A stretch of DNA of 64,000 nt from Parcubacteria group bacterium GW2011_GWA2_51_10. GTDB taxonomy: Bacteria > Patescibacteriota > Minisyncoccia > Phycocordibacterales > UBA2100. The translations under genes were made by a program, and so were the position numbers. Positions 7,573-17,088 of the stretch are shown in pieces. The stretch is taken from NCBI GenBank assembly GCA_001004265.1, contig LCQS01000005.1, positions 5,371 to 69,370 on the forward strand, in the 5' to 3' direction. Position 1 is the stretch's first letter. Every line of letters starts with the position of its first letter. The notes below the pieces were generated by a model. The model was given only the letters and a program-made list of their open reading frames with translations, was not told the origin of the DNA and did not search any database.

Positions 7573-8730
7573 ATGAGAAACGTGGCAGTTATTTTTGGAG
7601 GGCGGAGCGCGGAGCATGATGTCTCCATCATTACGGCTCACATTCCGGTTATCGAAACGCTCCTTGCAGGCCGGAAATACGATGTCGTTCCGATATACAT
7701 CTCAAGAGCGGGTGTCTGGTATTCGGACTCGGCGATGAACAACCTCGAATATTTTAAAGAAGACTTTGAGCCGAAGCTGCGGAGATTAAAGCCCCTCCAA
7801 TTGTCATTTGAGAAGGGCCTCGAGATCATTGAGCCGGGTATATTCGGAAAAAAGAAGAAAATCGACATCGTATTTCCAACCATGCATGGTACGTATGGCG
7901 AAGATGGGAGTTTGCCGGGACTCTTGCGCATGGCGAACGTGCCATTTGTCGGATGCGATCTTTCCGCCTCGGCAGTTGCGATGGATAAGGCATTCACGAA
8001 GCAAATTCTTTCGGCTGAAGGGATCCTTGTCGTGCCGTTTGTTTGGTTCACCAAGAGTGAGTGGGAAGCAGATAATAAAAGGATATTAGAGCAAATTGCA
8101 CGCCTCAAATCGCCGCGATTCGTAAAACCTGTGCACCTCGGCTCCTCAATTGCGATTACGAAAGTGAAAAGTGAAGCTGAACTTGTGAATGCCATAGAAG
8201 TCGCGCTTCACTACGACGATAAGGCGCTCGTTGAGGAGAGCGTCGAGGACTTGATAGAAGTGACGTTGCCTATTATAGGAAACAATGAGCCTCGTGCGGC
8301 AGAAGTCGAGCATGCTCTCAATAAAACGGAAGTTTTTGATTTTAACGAAAAGTATCTCTCTGGAGGAAAGAAATCAGTCGGCGGAGTCAATAGGGCGTAC
8401 AGCGAGATCCCCGCGAACATTGGCGAGGAGGTGACATCCAAGGTGAAAGAGATGGGCAAGCAAGTATATCGAATTCTTGGCTGTACAGGCATTGCACGTG
8501 TAGATTTTCTGATTGACGGAAAAACGAAGAAGATTTTCGTAAATGAAGTGAATACGCTTCCCGGAAGTCTCTATCATCATAATTGGCGAAAAGCGGGCGT
8601 ATCGAACATGGAGCTCATCGAGGAATTGATTCGGCTCGCGGAAGAGAGGTTCGCCTCACAAAAAAATACGACTTTTACATTTAAGTCCGACATTCTGAAG
8701 AAAGTAGGAGGACCGAAGATCGGAGCATGA
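7573..8730 (+). CDS. ddl: D-alanine--D-alanine ligase
   Basis: MRNVAVIFGGRSAEHDVSIITA, HGTYGEDGSLPGLL and ARVDFLID...FVNEVNTLPG. Start moved from 7507 to the conserved MRNVAVIFGG. Confidence 0.9.
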   Translation: MRNVAVIFGGRSAEHDVSIITAHIPVIETLLAGRKYDVVPIYISRAGVWYSDSAMNNLEYFKEDFEPKLRRLKPLQLSFEKGLEIIEPGIFGKKKKIDIVFPTMHGTYGEDGSLPGLLRMANVPFVGCDLSASAVAMDKAFTKQILSAEGILVVPFVWFTKSEWEADNKRILEQIARLKSPRFVKPVHLGSSIAITKVKSEAELVNAIEVALHYDDKALVEESVEDLIEVTLPIIGNNEPRAAEVEHALNKTEVFDFNEKYLSGGKKSVGGVNRAYSEIPANIGEEVTSKVKEMGKQVYRILGCTGIARVDFLIDGKTKKIFVNEVNTLPGSLYHHNWRKAGVSNMELIEELIRLAEERFASQKNTTFTFKSDILKKVGGPKIGA

Positions 8731-8847
8731 CCCCGTTAGAAACCGCGGTCGCGAATACATGATCGAGTCTTAGCAAAACGGCCAACATAAAAAGCATGAC
8801 CAAAATATTAGCCAGCATCGTGCGAGCGCGACCTGTTTCTAACAGGG
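8731..8847 (+). repeat. family B hairpin element (copy 2), starting directly after the ddl stop
   Basis: ccccgttagaaaccgcggtcgcg (8731-8753) pairs with cgcgacctgtttctaacaggg (8827-8847). The first arm begins 1 nt after the TGA at 8728-8730. Confidence 0.6.
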
Positions 8848-9545
8848 TGACGAAAGCAGCAAAGCAAAGGGTGGCGGTATTTGATGTAGATGGAACGATT
8901 TTCCGCTCAAGTCTTTTGATACAGCTCGTCAATAAACTCATTGAAAAAGGTGCGATACCGAAAGACGCCGAGCTCGTGTATGATCGCGCTCACATTCGTT
9001 GGCTCGATCGCGAGGGCGATTATCAGGAATACATTGAAGCGGTTATCAAAGCATTTCGCGCACACCTCAAGGGACTGCATTACGGCGTTCTCGCGGATGC
9101 TGCGGAGGAATTAGTCGAGGAGCAGTGGAAGCGAACATATCGTTACGCTCGTGATTTGCTGAAGGATTTAAAATCGAAGGGATACTACCTTCTTGCCGTC
9201 TCGCATTCTCCCAAAACGGTTCTCGATAAATTCTGTCCGCGACTCGGATTCGACAAGGCGTATGGCATCGTCTACGAAATCGGCCCGCAGGAGTGCTTCA
9301 CGGGCGCCGTCGTAGAGGAGCATCTCATCTACAATAAGGCGAACATTCTGAAGCGCGCGATTGAAAAAGAGAATCTGACAATAAAAAATTCTGTAGGTGT
9401 CGGCGATACTGAATCGGACATTTCGTTTCTCGAAATGGTCGCGCAGCCCATCTGCTTCAATCCCAATTCAAAGCTCTACCGGTATGCTAAACGAATGGGC
9501 TGGAAGGTAGTAGTTGAAAGAAAGGACGTAGTTTATGAACTGTAA
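8796..9545 (+). CDS. HAD-IB family hydrolase (phosphoserine-phosphatase-like)
   Basis: VAVFDVDGTIFRSSL (motif I) and GVGDTESDISFLEMV (motif IV). The ATG at 8796 lies in the loop of the family B hairpin. An in-frame GTG at 8847, at the hairpin end, is an alternative start. Confidence 0.75.
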   Translation: MTKILASIVRARPVSNRVTKAAKQRVAVFDVDGTIFRSSLLIQLVNKLIEKGAIPKDAELVYDRAHIRWLDREGDYQEYIEAVIKAFRAHLKGLHYGVLADAAEELVEEQWKRTYRYARDLLKDLKSKGYYLLAVSHSPKTVLDKFCPRLGFDKAYGIVYEIGPQECFTGAVVEEHLIYNKANILKRAIEKENLTIKNSVGVGDTESDISFLEMVAQPICFNPNSKLYRYAKRMGWKVVVERKDVVYEL

Positions 9546-9574
9546 GCTAATCTATTTTTTGATATAGTTGCGTC

Positions 9575-9805
9575 ATGAAAAAATTGTACCGACTTCCACA
9601 TGAGGGTACTGTTGCCGGCGTGATCGCGGGGTTTGCAGACTATTTCGGCATTGATGTAACGATTCTGCGCGTACTATTTGTCCTCTTTGTGCTCGTAACC
9701 GGAATTTTTCCCGGTGTCATTGCTTACATTCTCGCAATATTCATTATGCCGGTGAAGCGGCCAATCACTCATGAGCAGAAAAGCGAAGACGAGTCGAATC
9801 AGTAG
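9575..9805 (+). CDS. PspC domain membrane protein
   Basis: LYRLPHEGTVAGVIAGFADYFGIDVTILRVLFVLFVL is a typical PspC domain followed by a TM helix. Confidence 0.75.
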   Translation: MKKLYRLPHEGTVAGVIAGFADYFGIDVTILRVLFVLFVLVTGIFPGVIAYILAIFIMPVKRPITHEQKSEDESNQ

Positions 9806-10601
9806 CAGGTCGATTGCGGGATTCCGAAGAGAGGTTTGGAATTTTTATGATGCGTCCGGACGGCATGATGTGTCGTGGCGTCGAACGAAAAATCCTTATT
9901 GCATTCTGGTTTCGGAAATGATGTTGCAGCAAACACAAGTTTCTCGTGTTCTCGAAAAACACGTGAAATTCCTCAAAGCTTTTCCTACGGTGCGCGTTCT
10001 CGCAGAAGCTTCGCTTGCGGATGTGCTGCGCGCTTGGAATGGTCTTGGCTACAACCGGAGAGGGAAGTATCTTCACGATGCAGCGAGAATCATTATGCGA
10101 GATTATGGAGGCGCAGTACCGGCTGCTTACAGTCAGCTTGTCGAACTGCCGGGCGTCGGCGCATACACGGCTTCTGCAGTTCGGGTATTCGCTTTTAACG
10201 AATCAGATATCCTCATCGAAACCAACATCCGTGCTGCGGTAATTCATGCGTTTTTCCCACAAGCAACAAACGTTCACGACCGTGAGCTATTGTGGCTTCT
10301 GGAAAAGTTGAACAAAGATCAGCGGCCAAGGGAATGGAATTGGGCGCTTATGGATTATGGCGCCTATATAAAAAGACTGTGTAGAAATCCAGCACGTCGC
10401 TCCGCTCACTATGCGCGGCAATCAAAATTTGAGGGCTCTTTGCGACAGGCTCGCGGCGCGATTCTTCGCGCTCTCACTTCAGGGCAAAATATTAACGGTT
10501 TACGAAACCGTTATATGGGTCGATTTGGTAAAGCGCTTGCGTCCCTTGAGCGCGATCAGATCATCGCGAGAAAAAACAAACACAGTTGGGTCATTTCTTG
10601 A
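9771..10601 (+). CDS. MutY-like adenine DNA glycosylase (HhH-GPD), lacking the NUDIX-like C-domain and Fe-S cysteines
   Basis: WRRTKNPYCILVSEMMLQQTQVSRV...WNGLGYNRRGKYLHDAA...LPGVGAYTASAV. It is 276 aa, and the cluster-loop region LCRNPARRSAHYARQSKF has a single Cys. Confidence 0.75.
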   Translation: MSRKAKTSRISSRSIAGFRREVWNFYDASGRHDVSWRRTKNPYCILVSEMMLQQTQVSRVLEKHVKFLKAFPTVRVLAEASLADVLRAWNGLGYNRRGKYLHDAARIIMRDYGGAVPAAYSQLVELPGVGAYTASAVRVFAFNESDILIETNIRAAVIHAFFPQATNVHDRELLWLLEKLNKDQRPREWNWALMDYGAYIKRLCRNPARRSAHYARQSKFEGSLRQARGAILRALTSGQNINGLRNRYMGRFGKALASLERDQIIARKNKHSWVIS

Positions 10602-10637
10602 AAGCACGAAGGAGCAAGTTGTTGCTCCGCTGAGGCA

Positions 10638-12575
10638 TTAAATTGCGACAATGACGGGAATGACAATCGGTCGCTTCATAGTGCGAGAGAGGAGGAAGCG
10701 AGAGACGGATTCGGCCAGGTCTTCGCGCGCGGCGTCCAGATCGGCTGTGCGCGGGCTGCGCATTGAGTTTTCGACACTCTTCCGAATGATGAGACGCGTC
10801 TGATCCATAAGATCTTTATTGTCTCGAAGATAGACGAACCCGCGGGAAATGATATCGGGCGATTTGTGGAGCTTCCCGGATCGTCGATCAATGGTGGCAA
10901 CTACGACGCAGAATCCCTCCTGCCCGAGCGCCTTACGATCCCGCATCAGCACGTCGGAGAGTTGCGAAACAGTGTGGCCCTCGACGACGCGCAGCTCCGA
11001 CGGCGCTTTTACGGAAAGCTTCTCGATTTTTTCTCCACCCTTGATGTCTATAATTGATGAGTTATCAGGGATGGCAATGTTTCCCGGCTTCACGCCCATT
11101 TCGACTGCGAGGTCGGCATGCACTCGGAGCATGTAATGGTAGCCGTGCACTGGTACAAAAAACTTCGGCTTAATTTGTCTATGAATCCACGCGGCTTCCT
11201 CGCGGTTGCCGTGGCCAGAGGCATGCACATCGCTCGCGTGGTAGGTGATGATATGCGCTCCTTGACGCGAGAGGTTATCCTTGAGCTTTTGCACCGCGCG
11301 CTCGTTCCCGGGGATGACGGAAGAAGAAAGTACGACGGTGTCGGTGGGCTGAAGGCGAATATACTTATGGCTTTTGTTCCCTATGCGCGCGAGCGAAGCG
11401 AATTCGTCACCTTGCGCACCGGTAGCGAGAATGATCATCTTCTCCGGCGGATAATGATCCAGATCTTCAACTGAAACAACGGTGTCATCCTTGTACTTGA
11501 TGAGGCCTATTTCGCGCGCGATTTCAATATTTGTTTTCATGCTGCGCCCGTCTATGACGACTTTCTTCCCGTAAGTTTCAGCAAAATGCACGACGCGAAT
11601 CAAGCGCTCGAGATGCGAAGCGAACATTGCTATCACGAGCCGGCCCTTTGCGTTTTTTATGATTTCATCAAGCGTCTTGTAGACGATTGACTCTGGGATG
11701 GAAAATCCGGGCTGCCACACATTCGTGCTGTCCATGAGAAGCACGAGAACTTTTCGCTTCTGAAAAATGCTGAACTCGCGCTTCTCCTCCTCGGCCGGCT
11801 CGCCATCCGTGTGATTGAGTTTGATATCCCCTGTGAATACCACGTCCCCCCATGGGGTCTCGATAATGATCCCCATCGAATCTGGAACCGTGTGTGTGAC
11901 GCCGAAGAAGCGAATAGTCGTGCTGCCGAGTTTTATGACTTCACTTTTTTCGACTTCACGGATTTGAACAGGCACCGTCTGGGCGAACTCTTCTTGGCGT
12001 TTCTGAATCATTTTGCCAGTGAGTCTGCGGGTGTAAATTATGGGGTTTCCGATGCGATCGATAACGTAGGGAATAGCGCCGATGTGATCAAGGTGGCCAT
12101 GCGAGATCAAGATGCCGCGAATCTTGTCACGCCGCTCTTCAAGGTAGCCCGTGTTTGGCAGAATATAGTCAATTCCCGGCGTTTCGTCTTCACTGAACTG
12201 GAAGCCGCAATCGAGAATGAAAATGTCGTTTCCGAATTCAACGGCGGTCATATTTCGACCAACTTCTTCGACGCCCCCTAAGGGAATAACACGCACGACA
12301 TCAGGTGCTGGTGGTGGCACAGGGATAGAGGCAGGCGCCCCTCGTTCGGGTGCATGATGCTCCACGCGCGCACGACCGCGGCGCGGAGGAAGCGATGCGC
12401 GAGATGAGCCGAAGCGCGGGCGAGAGGAAGAGCGACGAGCGGGGCCCCGGCGGCCGGCGCCGATTCTCTCCCGCCCTCTTTCGGAGTCACGGTGAGCGCC
12501 GCGCCCCCCGCGATCTCCACGGGCCGGATTTCCCGGATTGTTGCCGGGAGGCGTATCTGACGGGGTCATGTTCAT
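10638..12575 (-). CDS. rnj: ribonuclease J with an Arg/Gly/Pro-rich N-terminal extension
   Basis: Metallo-beta-lactamase HGHLDHIGAIPY, beta-CASP region, and SGHGNREE. The first ~95 aa are low complexity (GDRGGRGAHRDSERGRERIGAGRRGPARRSSSRPRFG...). Confidence 0.9.
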   Translation of the reverse strand: MNMTPSDTPPGNNPGNPARGDRGGRGAHRDSERGRERIGAGRRGPARRSSSRPRFGSSRASLPPRRGRARVEHHAPERGAPASIPVPPPAPDVVRVIPLGGVEEVGRNMTAVEFGNDIFILDCGFQFSEDETPGIDYILPNTGYLEERRDKIRGILISHGHLDHIGAIPYVIDRIGNPIIYTRRLTGKMIQKRQEEFAQTVPVQIREVEKSEVIKLGSTTIRFFGVTHTVPDSMGIIIETPWGDVVFTGDIKLNHTDGEPAEEEKREFSIFQKRKVLVLLMDSTNVWQPGFSIPESIVYKTLDEIIKNAKGRLVIAMFASHLERLIRVVHFAETYGKKVVIDGRSMKTNIEIAREIGLIKYKDDTVVSVEDLDHYPPEKMIILATGAQGDEFASLARIGNKSHKYIRLQPTDTVVLSSSVIPGNERAVQKLKDNLSRQGAHIITYHASDVHASGHGNREEAAWIHRQIKPKFFVPVHGYHYMLRVHADLAVEMGVKPGNIAIPDNSSIIDIKGGEKIEKLSVKAPSELRVVEGHTVSQLSDVLMRDRKALGQEGFCVVVATIDRRSGKLHKSPDIISRGFVYLRDNKDLMDQTRLIIRKSVENSMRSPRTADLDAAREDLAESVSRFLLSRTMKRPIVIPVIVAI

Positions 12576-12602
12576 ATACTCTATTTAGAATTTGTTAAAA
12601 TT

Positions 12603-14390
12603 TTACTTGTAAGCACCAGAAAAAAAACTCCACACACGTTCGGTATCGGTGTACCACTCCCGCACATTTAGAAATCGCTCCGATGGCAGCGTCAGAATAC
12701 CGAGTTCAACGCCTTGGAGTTTCTTTGGTACCACATAAATGAATTCCGGCGCGTAGAGGAATATCGCTGGCCGATCTTTTTTAATCGTTTCCGCAAACGA
12801 GGCATACAGTTTCTCGCGCTCCTTCCGGTCGGTAGTTGATCGCGCGGCAGCGAGTGTGTTGTCCGCCCGGCTGTTTGCATACATCGAGAGATTCAGTCCC
12901 GGGTCGTTACGCTGGCTCGAATGCCAAAATGCGAACAGATCCGGTGTCCGCCCGACGACTTCGCCAAAAAGGATGGCGTCGTAATTTCTCGGCCGTATCA
13001 CATTCGTGTTCAATTCTGATAACGGGTACACGTGTAGGCTGACTTCAATGCCGAGAGCACGCCAATAATCAATGAGAAGCTGGGCTGTTGCCGACAGCTC
13101 GGGCGCATCTCCCGTTGCGAGAACGAACGAGAGGGTTTCCTTTTTCTTTTGCCATATTCGCGCTTTCTCGTCGAATGTCCAGCCATTCTCGGAGAGAATA
13201 TCGCGCGCTCTTTGCGCAAATTCTCCCGCGGCGGCACTCCCTTCGTCTGCGTTTTCGCCGGATACCGGAGTCGGGCGTTCGTTATCAACAATACTCGGAG
13301 GAAGAGGGCCGTCGAGCATCGCTCCATAGCCGTGAAGGACGCTGTCGATCACTGCGCGCTTATCTATTGCCGCCTCAAGCGCGGCGCGTACCGCCGGATC
13401 TGCAAGAGTCGGTGCGTGGCCCTGATTAAAAAACACGCCAAAGACGCGCGGAAGCGGCACGCGCATGAGCGTGGAATTATGAAGATTGAGCAACTCAAGA
13501 GTCGACGGCGCAATACCCGCGATCGAATCAATTTCACCGGCATTGAATGCATTCACGAGCGCATCCTGATTCGCATAAAATCTGAAAGTTATTTTGCTTA
13601 TGAATGCGGATTCGGATCCACGCTGTGTCCTCGGCGCGAGCACGTAGCTCGTCACGGCGCCCGTACTGTCAGTTTGCCCCGTGAGTATGCGATAGGGACC
13701 GCTCCCTACGGGGTGCGTATTGAGCGTCGCAAAAGGAAATTCTTCCGCCGGGATAGAGCCCCACAGGTGTCTCGGAATAATCCCGAGCGAAGTGTTTTCG
13801 AGAAACGGCGCGTACGCACGCTGAAGTTTGAAAACGACTGTGTTCGTATTCTCGCTCGTGACGGAGACCCCTTCCCAATCGACGCGGCGCGGACTCTTTA
13901 ACGCCGGATTCTGCACAGATTGGATGGTAAACATGACATCCTCCGCCGTGAGAGGCCGCCCGTCATGAAAAGTCAGCCCCTCTTTCAGGGTGAACGTATA
14001 GACCGTGCCATCATCTGAAATTTCAAAACGATCTGCCATGTCTGGAACGATAGTGCCATCAGGGAGCGCGCGCGTAAGGCCCGCATATACAAGCTGCGCC
14101 AAATCTTCGTCGGCCTGCGATATCGCGAGCACCGGATTGATAAATCGCGGCGGACCGACGACGCCTTCGGAGATAGATCCAGCAGGGGAGGGAACGACGA
14201 CCGAAATACTCGCATTGAGCCCTATCACGAGTGAAAGGGCGCTCACGGCAAGCAAAGCTGTGAGTGTATATAAAAGGAGCCGTTCGCTCGGCCGGAACGT
14301 GCGCATGACTTCTTCAAGTGCAGCGAAGCGCCACGGGCGCCGTTCGCGTGTCATGTGTGATCTTAATTTTTCGGGTGAGTCGGAGTCCAT
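12603..14390 (-). CDS. ABC transporter substrate-binding protein, family 5 (peptide/nickel type), membrane-anchored
   Basis: 595 aa with an N-terminal TM anchor. Sequence resembles the Opp/Dpp fold (FINPVLA..DEDLAQLVYAGLTR, YTFTLKEGLTFHDGRPLTAEDV). No permease genes are adjacent. Confidence 0.8.
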   Translation of the reverse strand: MDSDSPEKLRSHMTRERRPWRFAALEEVMRTFRPSERLLLYTLTALLAVSALSLVIGLNASISVVVPSPAGSISEGVVGPPRFINPVLAISQADEDLAQLVYAGLTRALPDGTIVPDMADRFEISDDGTVYTFTLKEGLTFHDGRPLTAEDVMFTIQSVQNPALKSPRRVDWEGVSVTSENTNTVVFKLQRAYAPFLENTSLGIIPRHLWGSIPAEEFPFATLNTHPVGSGPYRILTGQTDSTGAVTSYVLAPRTQRGSESAFISKITFRFYANQDALVNAFNAGEIDSIAGIAPSTLELLNLHNSTLMRVPLPRVFGVFFNQGHAPTLADPAVRAALEAAIDKRAVIDSVLHGYGAMLDGPLPPSIVDNERPTPVSGENADEGSAAAGEFAQRARDILSENGWTFDEKARIWQKKKETLSFVLATGDAPELSATAQLLIDYWRALGIEVSLHVYPLSELNTNVIRPRNYDAILFGEVVGRTPDLFAFWHSSQRNDPGLNLSMYANSRADNTLAAARSTTDRKEREKLYASFAETIKKDRPAIFLYAPEFIYVVPKKLQGVELGILTLPSERFLNVREWYTDTERVWSFFSGAYK

Positions 14391-14546
14391 GTTCTATGAG
14401 AAATGATATGCAAAGTGGAGAAGCATCAAAATATTTTAAATAGCTCCGTATGCAAGGCGCGGAGAGGGGGTGCGTGAGGCGTATTGTAATACGACGAACG
14501 CGACACAGAGGTTCCGCAACGACGCAGACGGATTATTTAAAAAGTT

Positions 14547-14780
14547 TTAACTAATAAGTAGGTTAATGAGTGCACTAAGTGCAAAGAGGATTCCCAGAAC
14601 GATTGTAGCGAAAAAAAGCGTTTTTTCCAATCCGCGCCGTGTGTGAAACCCTGAACTAAAATTGTCAGCCCCGAAGGCGCCCCCCAAAGATGCCCCCGTG
14701 TGCTGCAGAAGTATCGCAAAGATTAAGAGCACTGAAAGCACTATCTGCACGTAGGGCAGTATTCCCTGGAGGAAAACCAT
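14547..14780 (-). CDS. secG: preprotein translocase subunit SecG
   Basis: 77 aa with two TM helices. The LLIFAILLQHTGASLGGAFG signature is typical of SecG. Confidence 0.8.
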   Translation of the reverse strand: MVFLQGILPYVQIVLSVLLIFAILLQHTGASLGGAFGADNFSSGFHTRRGLEKTLFFATIVLGILFALSALINLLIS

Positions 14781-14852
14781 TGATAAAGAGTATAGCAGGA
14801 GGGCTAATTGAAATCAAATAAACACTGTACCAGGCGTTATATAATTGTCAAG

Positions 14853-14880
14853 TTGCGTAAAAAATGGCTCAACGTATAAT
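14853..14880 (+). promoter_or_regulatory. candidate sigma70-type promoter for groES-groEL
   Basis: TTGCGT (14853-58), a 16-nt spacer, then TATAAT (14875-80), about 55 nt upstream of the groES ATG. No CIRCE inverted repeat seen. Confidence 0.35.
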
Positions 14881-14936
14881 CGCCAAGCTTTGCGGTTCTC
14901 CGGAGCACTTGTATTAAGAGACTAAGATTCTTCACC

Positions 14937-15272
14937 ATGAAAAAACAGGTGTCTAATATAAAAAACGCGAGGATTAATATTCAGCCGGTTGCTGACCGCG
15001 TTCTCGTAAAGCGCCTTGATGAGGAGGGAAAGAAATCGGCTGCTGGCATTATCATTCCTGACACCGCCCAGAAAGAAAAATCGAAAATCGGGCTTGTCAT
15101 CGCAGTAGGCCCGGGGAGATACGGTGACGAGGGCGATCTAATTCCCATGACGATAAAAGTCGGCTCGAAAGTCGTGTTTAATTCTGGCTGGGACAACGAG
15201 GTGAACGCCGGCAATGAAGATGAAGATCTGTTCCTTGTTAAAGAAAGCGATATCCTCGCCACCATTAAATAA
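14937..15272 (+). CDS. groES: co-chaperonin GroES
   Basis: [45 protein letters not shown]; located directly upstream of groEL. Confidence 0.9.
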   Translation: [111 protein letters not shown]

Positions 15273-15322
15273 GTAACGCTGTCTTAACTACTAGCTACTT
15301 TCTACTAACTACTAACTAGTTT

Positions 15323-16984
15323 ATGGCTAAGCAAGTAATTTTTGATCAAGAAGTTCGCAGCGCCCTCAAGCGCGGCGTCGATGTCGTCGCAGGGGCTGTC
15401 AAAGTGACGCTCGGGCCTCGCGGCCGCAATGTTGCACTCGATCGCTCATGGGGCGGCCCGACGATCACCAACGACGGCGTCACGATTGCAAAAGAAATCA
15501 CGCTTGCCGACAAGTTCGAGAACATGGGCGCGGGCATCGTGAAGGAAGTCGCGTCGAAAACGAATGACAAGGCAGGCGACGGAACGACGACCGCAGTGGT
15601 GCTTACGCAGGCGATAGTGCATGAAGGGCTAAAGCGAACCGCAATGGGCGCGAACGCGATGGTGGTGCGGCACGGAATCGAGGCGGCGGCAAAGGACGCA
15701 GTGGAAGCGCTCAAGAATATGGCACGACCGGTTTCTGGCAAGAACGATATTCGTCAGGTTGCGACGATTTCTGCAGAATCTGAAGAGCTTGGAAAAACGA
15801 TTGCTGACACTGTCGAGCGCGTCGGCAAGGACGGTGTCGTCACGGTGGAAGAATCGCAATCGCTCGGCATCGAATCCGATTTCGTAGACGGCATGGAATT
15901 CGATAAGGGATATGTCTCGGCATATATGGTAACGAATGCCGAGCGCATGGAGTCCGAAGCGAAAGATACGCCGATTTTGATTACAGACAAAAAAATCTCT
16001 ACAGTCAAGGAAATCTTGCCGCTTCTTGAAAAGCTCGCGCAGTCGGGCAAAAAGGATTTGGTGATTATTGCCGATGATGTGGACGGCGAGGCGCTCGCGA
16101 CGTTTGTTGTAAATAAAATCCGCGGCATTTTTTCCGTTCTCGCGGTAAAAGCTCCAGGCTATGGCGATCGCAAGAAAGAGATGCTGCAGGATATTGCAAT
16201 TACGGTCGGCGGACAGGTGATTTCCGAAGATCTCGGAATCAAGATGGAAAATGCAGAACTTTCTATGCTCGGCCGCGCCCAGCGTGTCGTTGCAACGAAA
16301 GACTCCACGGTCATTGTCGGAGGAAAAGGCAAAAAGGCGGATATCGGAGCGCGCGTCTCTCAATTGCGAAAGCAATTGGAAAGCACGGATTCGAAGTTCG
16401 ATAAGGAGAAAATCGAAGAGCGTATCGCGAAACTTACCGGCGGTGTGGCTGTCATTCGCGTTGGTGCGGCGACGGAGACGGAAATGAAATATCTCAAGGA
16501 CAAAATCGAAGATGCGGTAAATGCGACGAAGGCGGCGATAGCCGAGGGCATCGTTCCCGGCGGAGGAGCTGCTCTCGCGAAAGTCGCAGCGAAGCTCGAG
16601 AAAAAAGTAAACGCCAAAGCGCACGATGAATACACCATTGGATATCGCATTCTGCTTTCCGCGCTTTCGGCACCGCTTCTGCAGATCGTCAAGAATGCGG
16701 GGCGCGACGACGGCGCAGTTATATTGCAGGAAGTCGTGAAAAAGGGCGGGAATTTCGGATTTAACGCGGCAATAGAATCGGCCTCCGATGGGGAGAGCAA
16801 CGTCGTGGATATGTTTGAAGCGGGAATCATCGATCCGGTGAAGGTGACCCGAAGCTGCGTTGAGAACGCGGCGTCCGCCGCGGCGGTTTTGATTACGACC
16901 GAAGCGGCGGTTGCCGATGCTCCTGAAGAAAAGAAAGCCGCTATGCCCGGCGGCATGGGCGGAGGGATGGGGGACATGGAGTAG
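15323..16984 (+). CDS. groEL: chaperonin GroEL
   Basis: AKQVIFDQEVRSALKRGVD, GPRGRNV, GDGTTTAVVL, and a C-terminal GGMGGGMGDME tail. Confidence 0.97.
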   Translation: MAKQVIFDQEVRSALKRGVDVVAGAVKVTLGPRGRNVALDRSWGGPTITNDGVTIAKEITLADKFENMGAGIVKEVASKTNDKAGDGTTTAVVLTQAIVHEGLKRTAMGANAMVVRHGIEAAAKDAVEALKNMARPVSGKNDIRQVATISAESEELGKTIADTVERVGKDGVVTVEESQSLGIESDFVDGMEFDKGYVSAYMVTNAERMESEAKDTPILITDKKISTVKEILPLLEKLAQSGKKDLVIIADDVDGEALATFVVNKIRGIFSVLAVKAPGYGDRKKEMLQDIAITVGGQVISEDLGIKMENAELSMLGRAQRVVATKDSTVIVGGKGKKADIGARVSQLRKQLESTDSKFDKEKIEERIAKLTGGVAVIRVGAATETEMKYLKDKIEDAVNATKAAIAEGIVPGGGAALAKVAAKLEKKVNAKAHDEYTIGYRILLSALSAPLLQIVKNAGRDDGAVILQEVVKKGGNFGFNAAIESASDGESNVVDMFEAGIIDPVKVTRSCVENAASAAAVLITTEAAVADAPEEKKAAMPGGMGGGMGDME

Positions 16985-16991
16985 CGCTCGC

Positions 16992-17088
16992 GTCCCGGCA
17001 CCTTCTTGCCGTCGCTGTCTGCCTCTGCTGAGGCAGCGCTGCCTCTCGCGCCGTCGCGCTGCGAGACACGGCAAGAAGGTGCCGTGCC
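16992..17088 (+). repeat. three-way-junction structured repeat (family A, copy 1)
   Basis: P1 is ggcaccttcttgccgt / acggcaagaaggtgcc (16 bp, perfect). P2 is ctgcctc-TGCT-gaggcag. P3 is ctctc-gcgc-cgtc-gcgc-tgc-gagac. CGCTCGC direct repeats flank it (16985-91, 17089-95). Confidence 0.75.

Noticed and set aside
13149-13901. 250-aa plus-strand ORF
   Set aside because: It is antisense to the family-5 substrate-binding protein gene. Its Arg-rich composition is nonsensical.
14781-14936. CIRCE (HrcA) operator upstream of groES
   Set aside because: No TTAGCACTC-N9-GAGTGCTAA inverted repeat is present. Only a loose ggagcactt...gactaag resemblance exists.
16992-17088. Family A elements as known small ribozymes or integron attC sites
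   Set aside because: I could not find the hammerhead CUGAnGA/GAAA cores, the HDV-like nested pseudoknot, or attC R/L boxes (GTTRRRY) on either strand. This was a by-eye check only, so it remains worth a formal scan.
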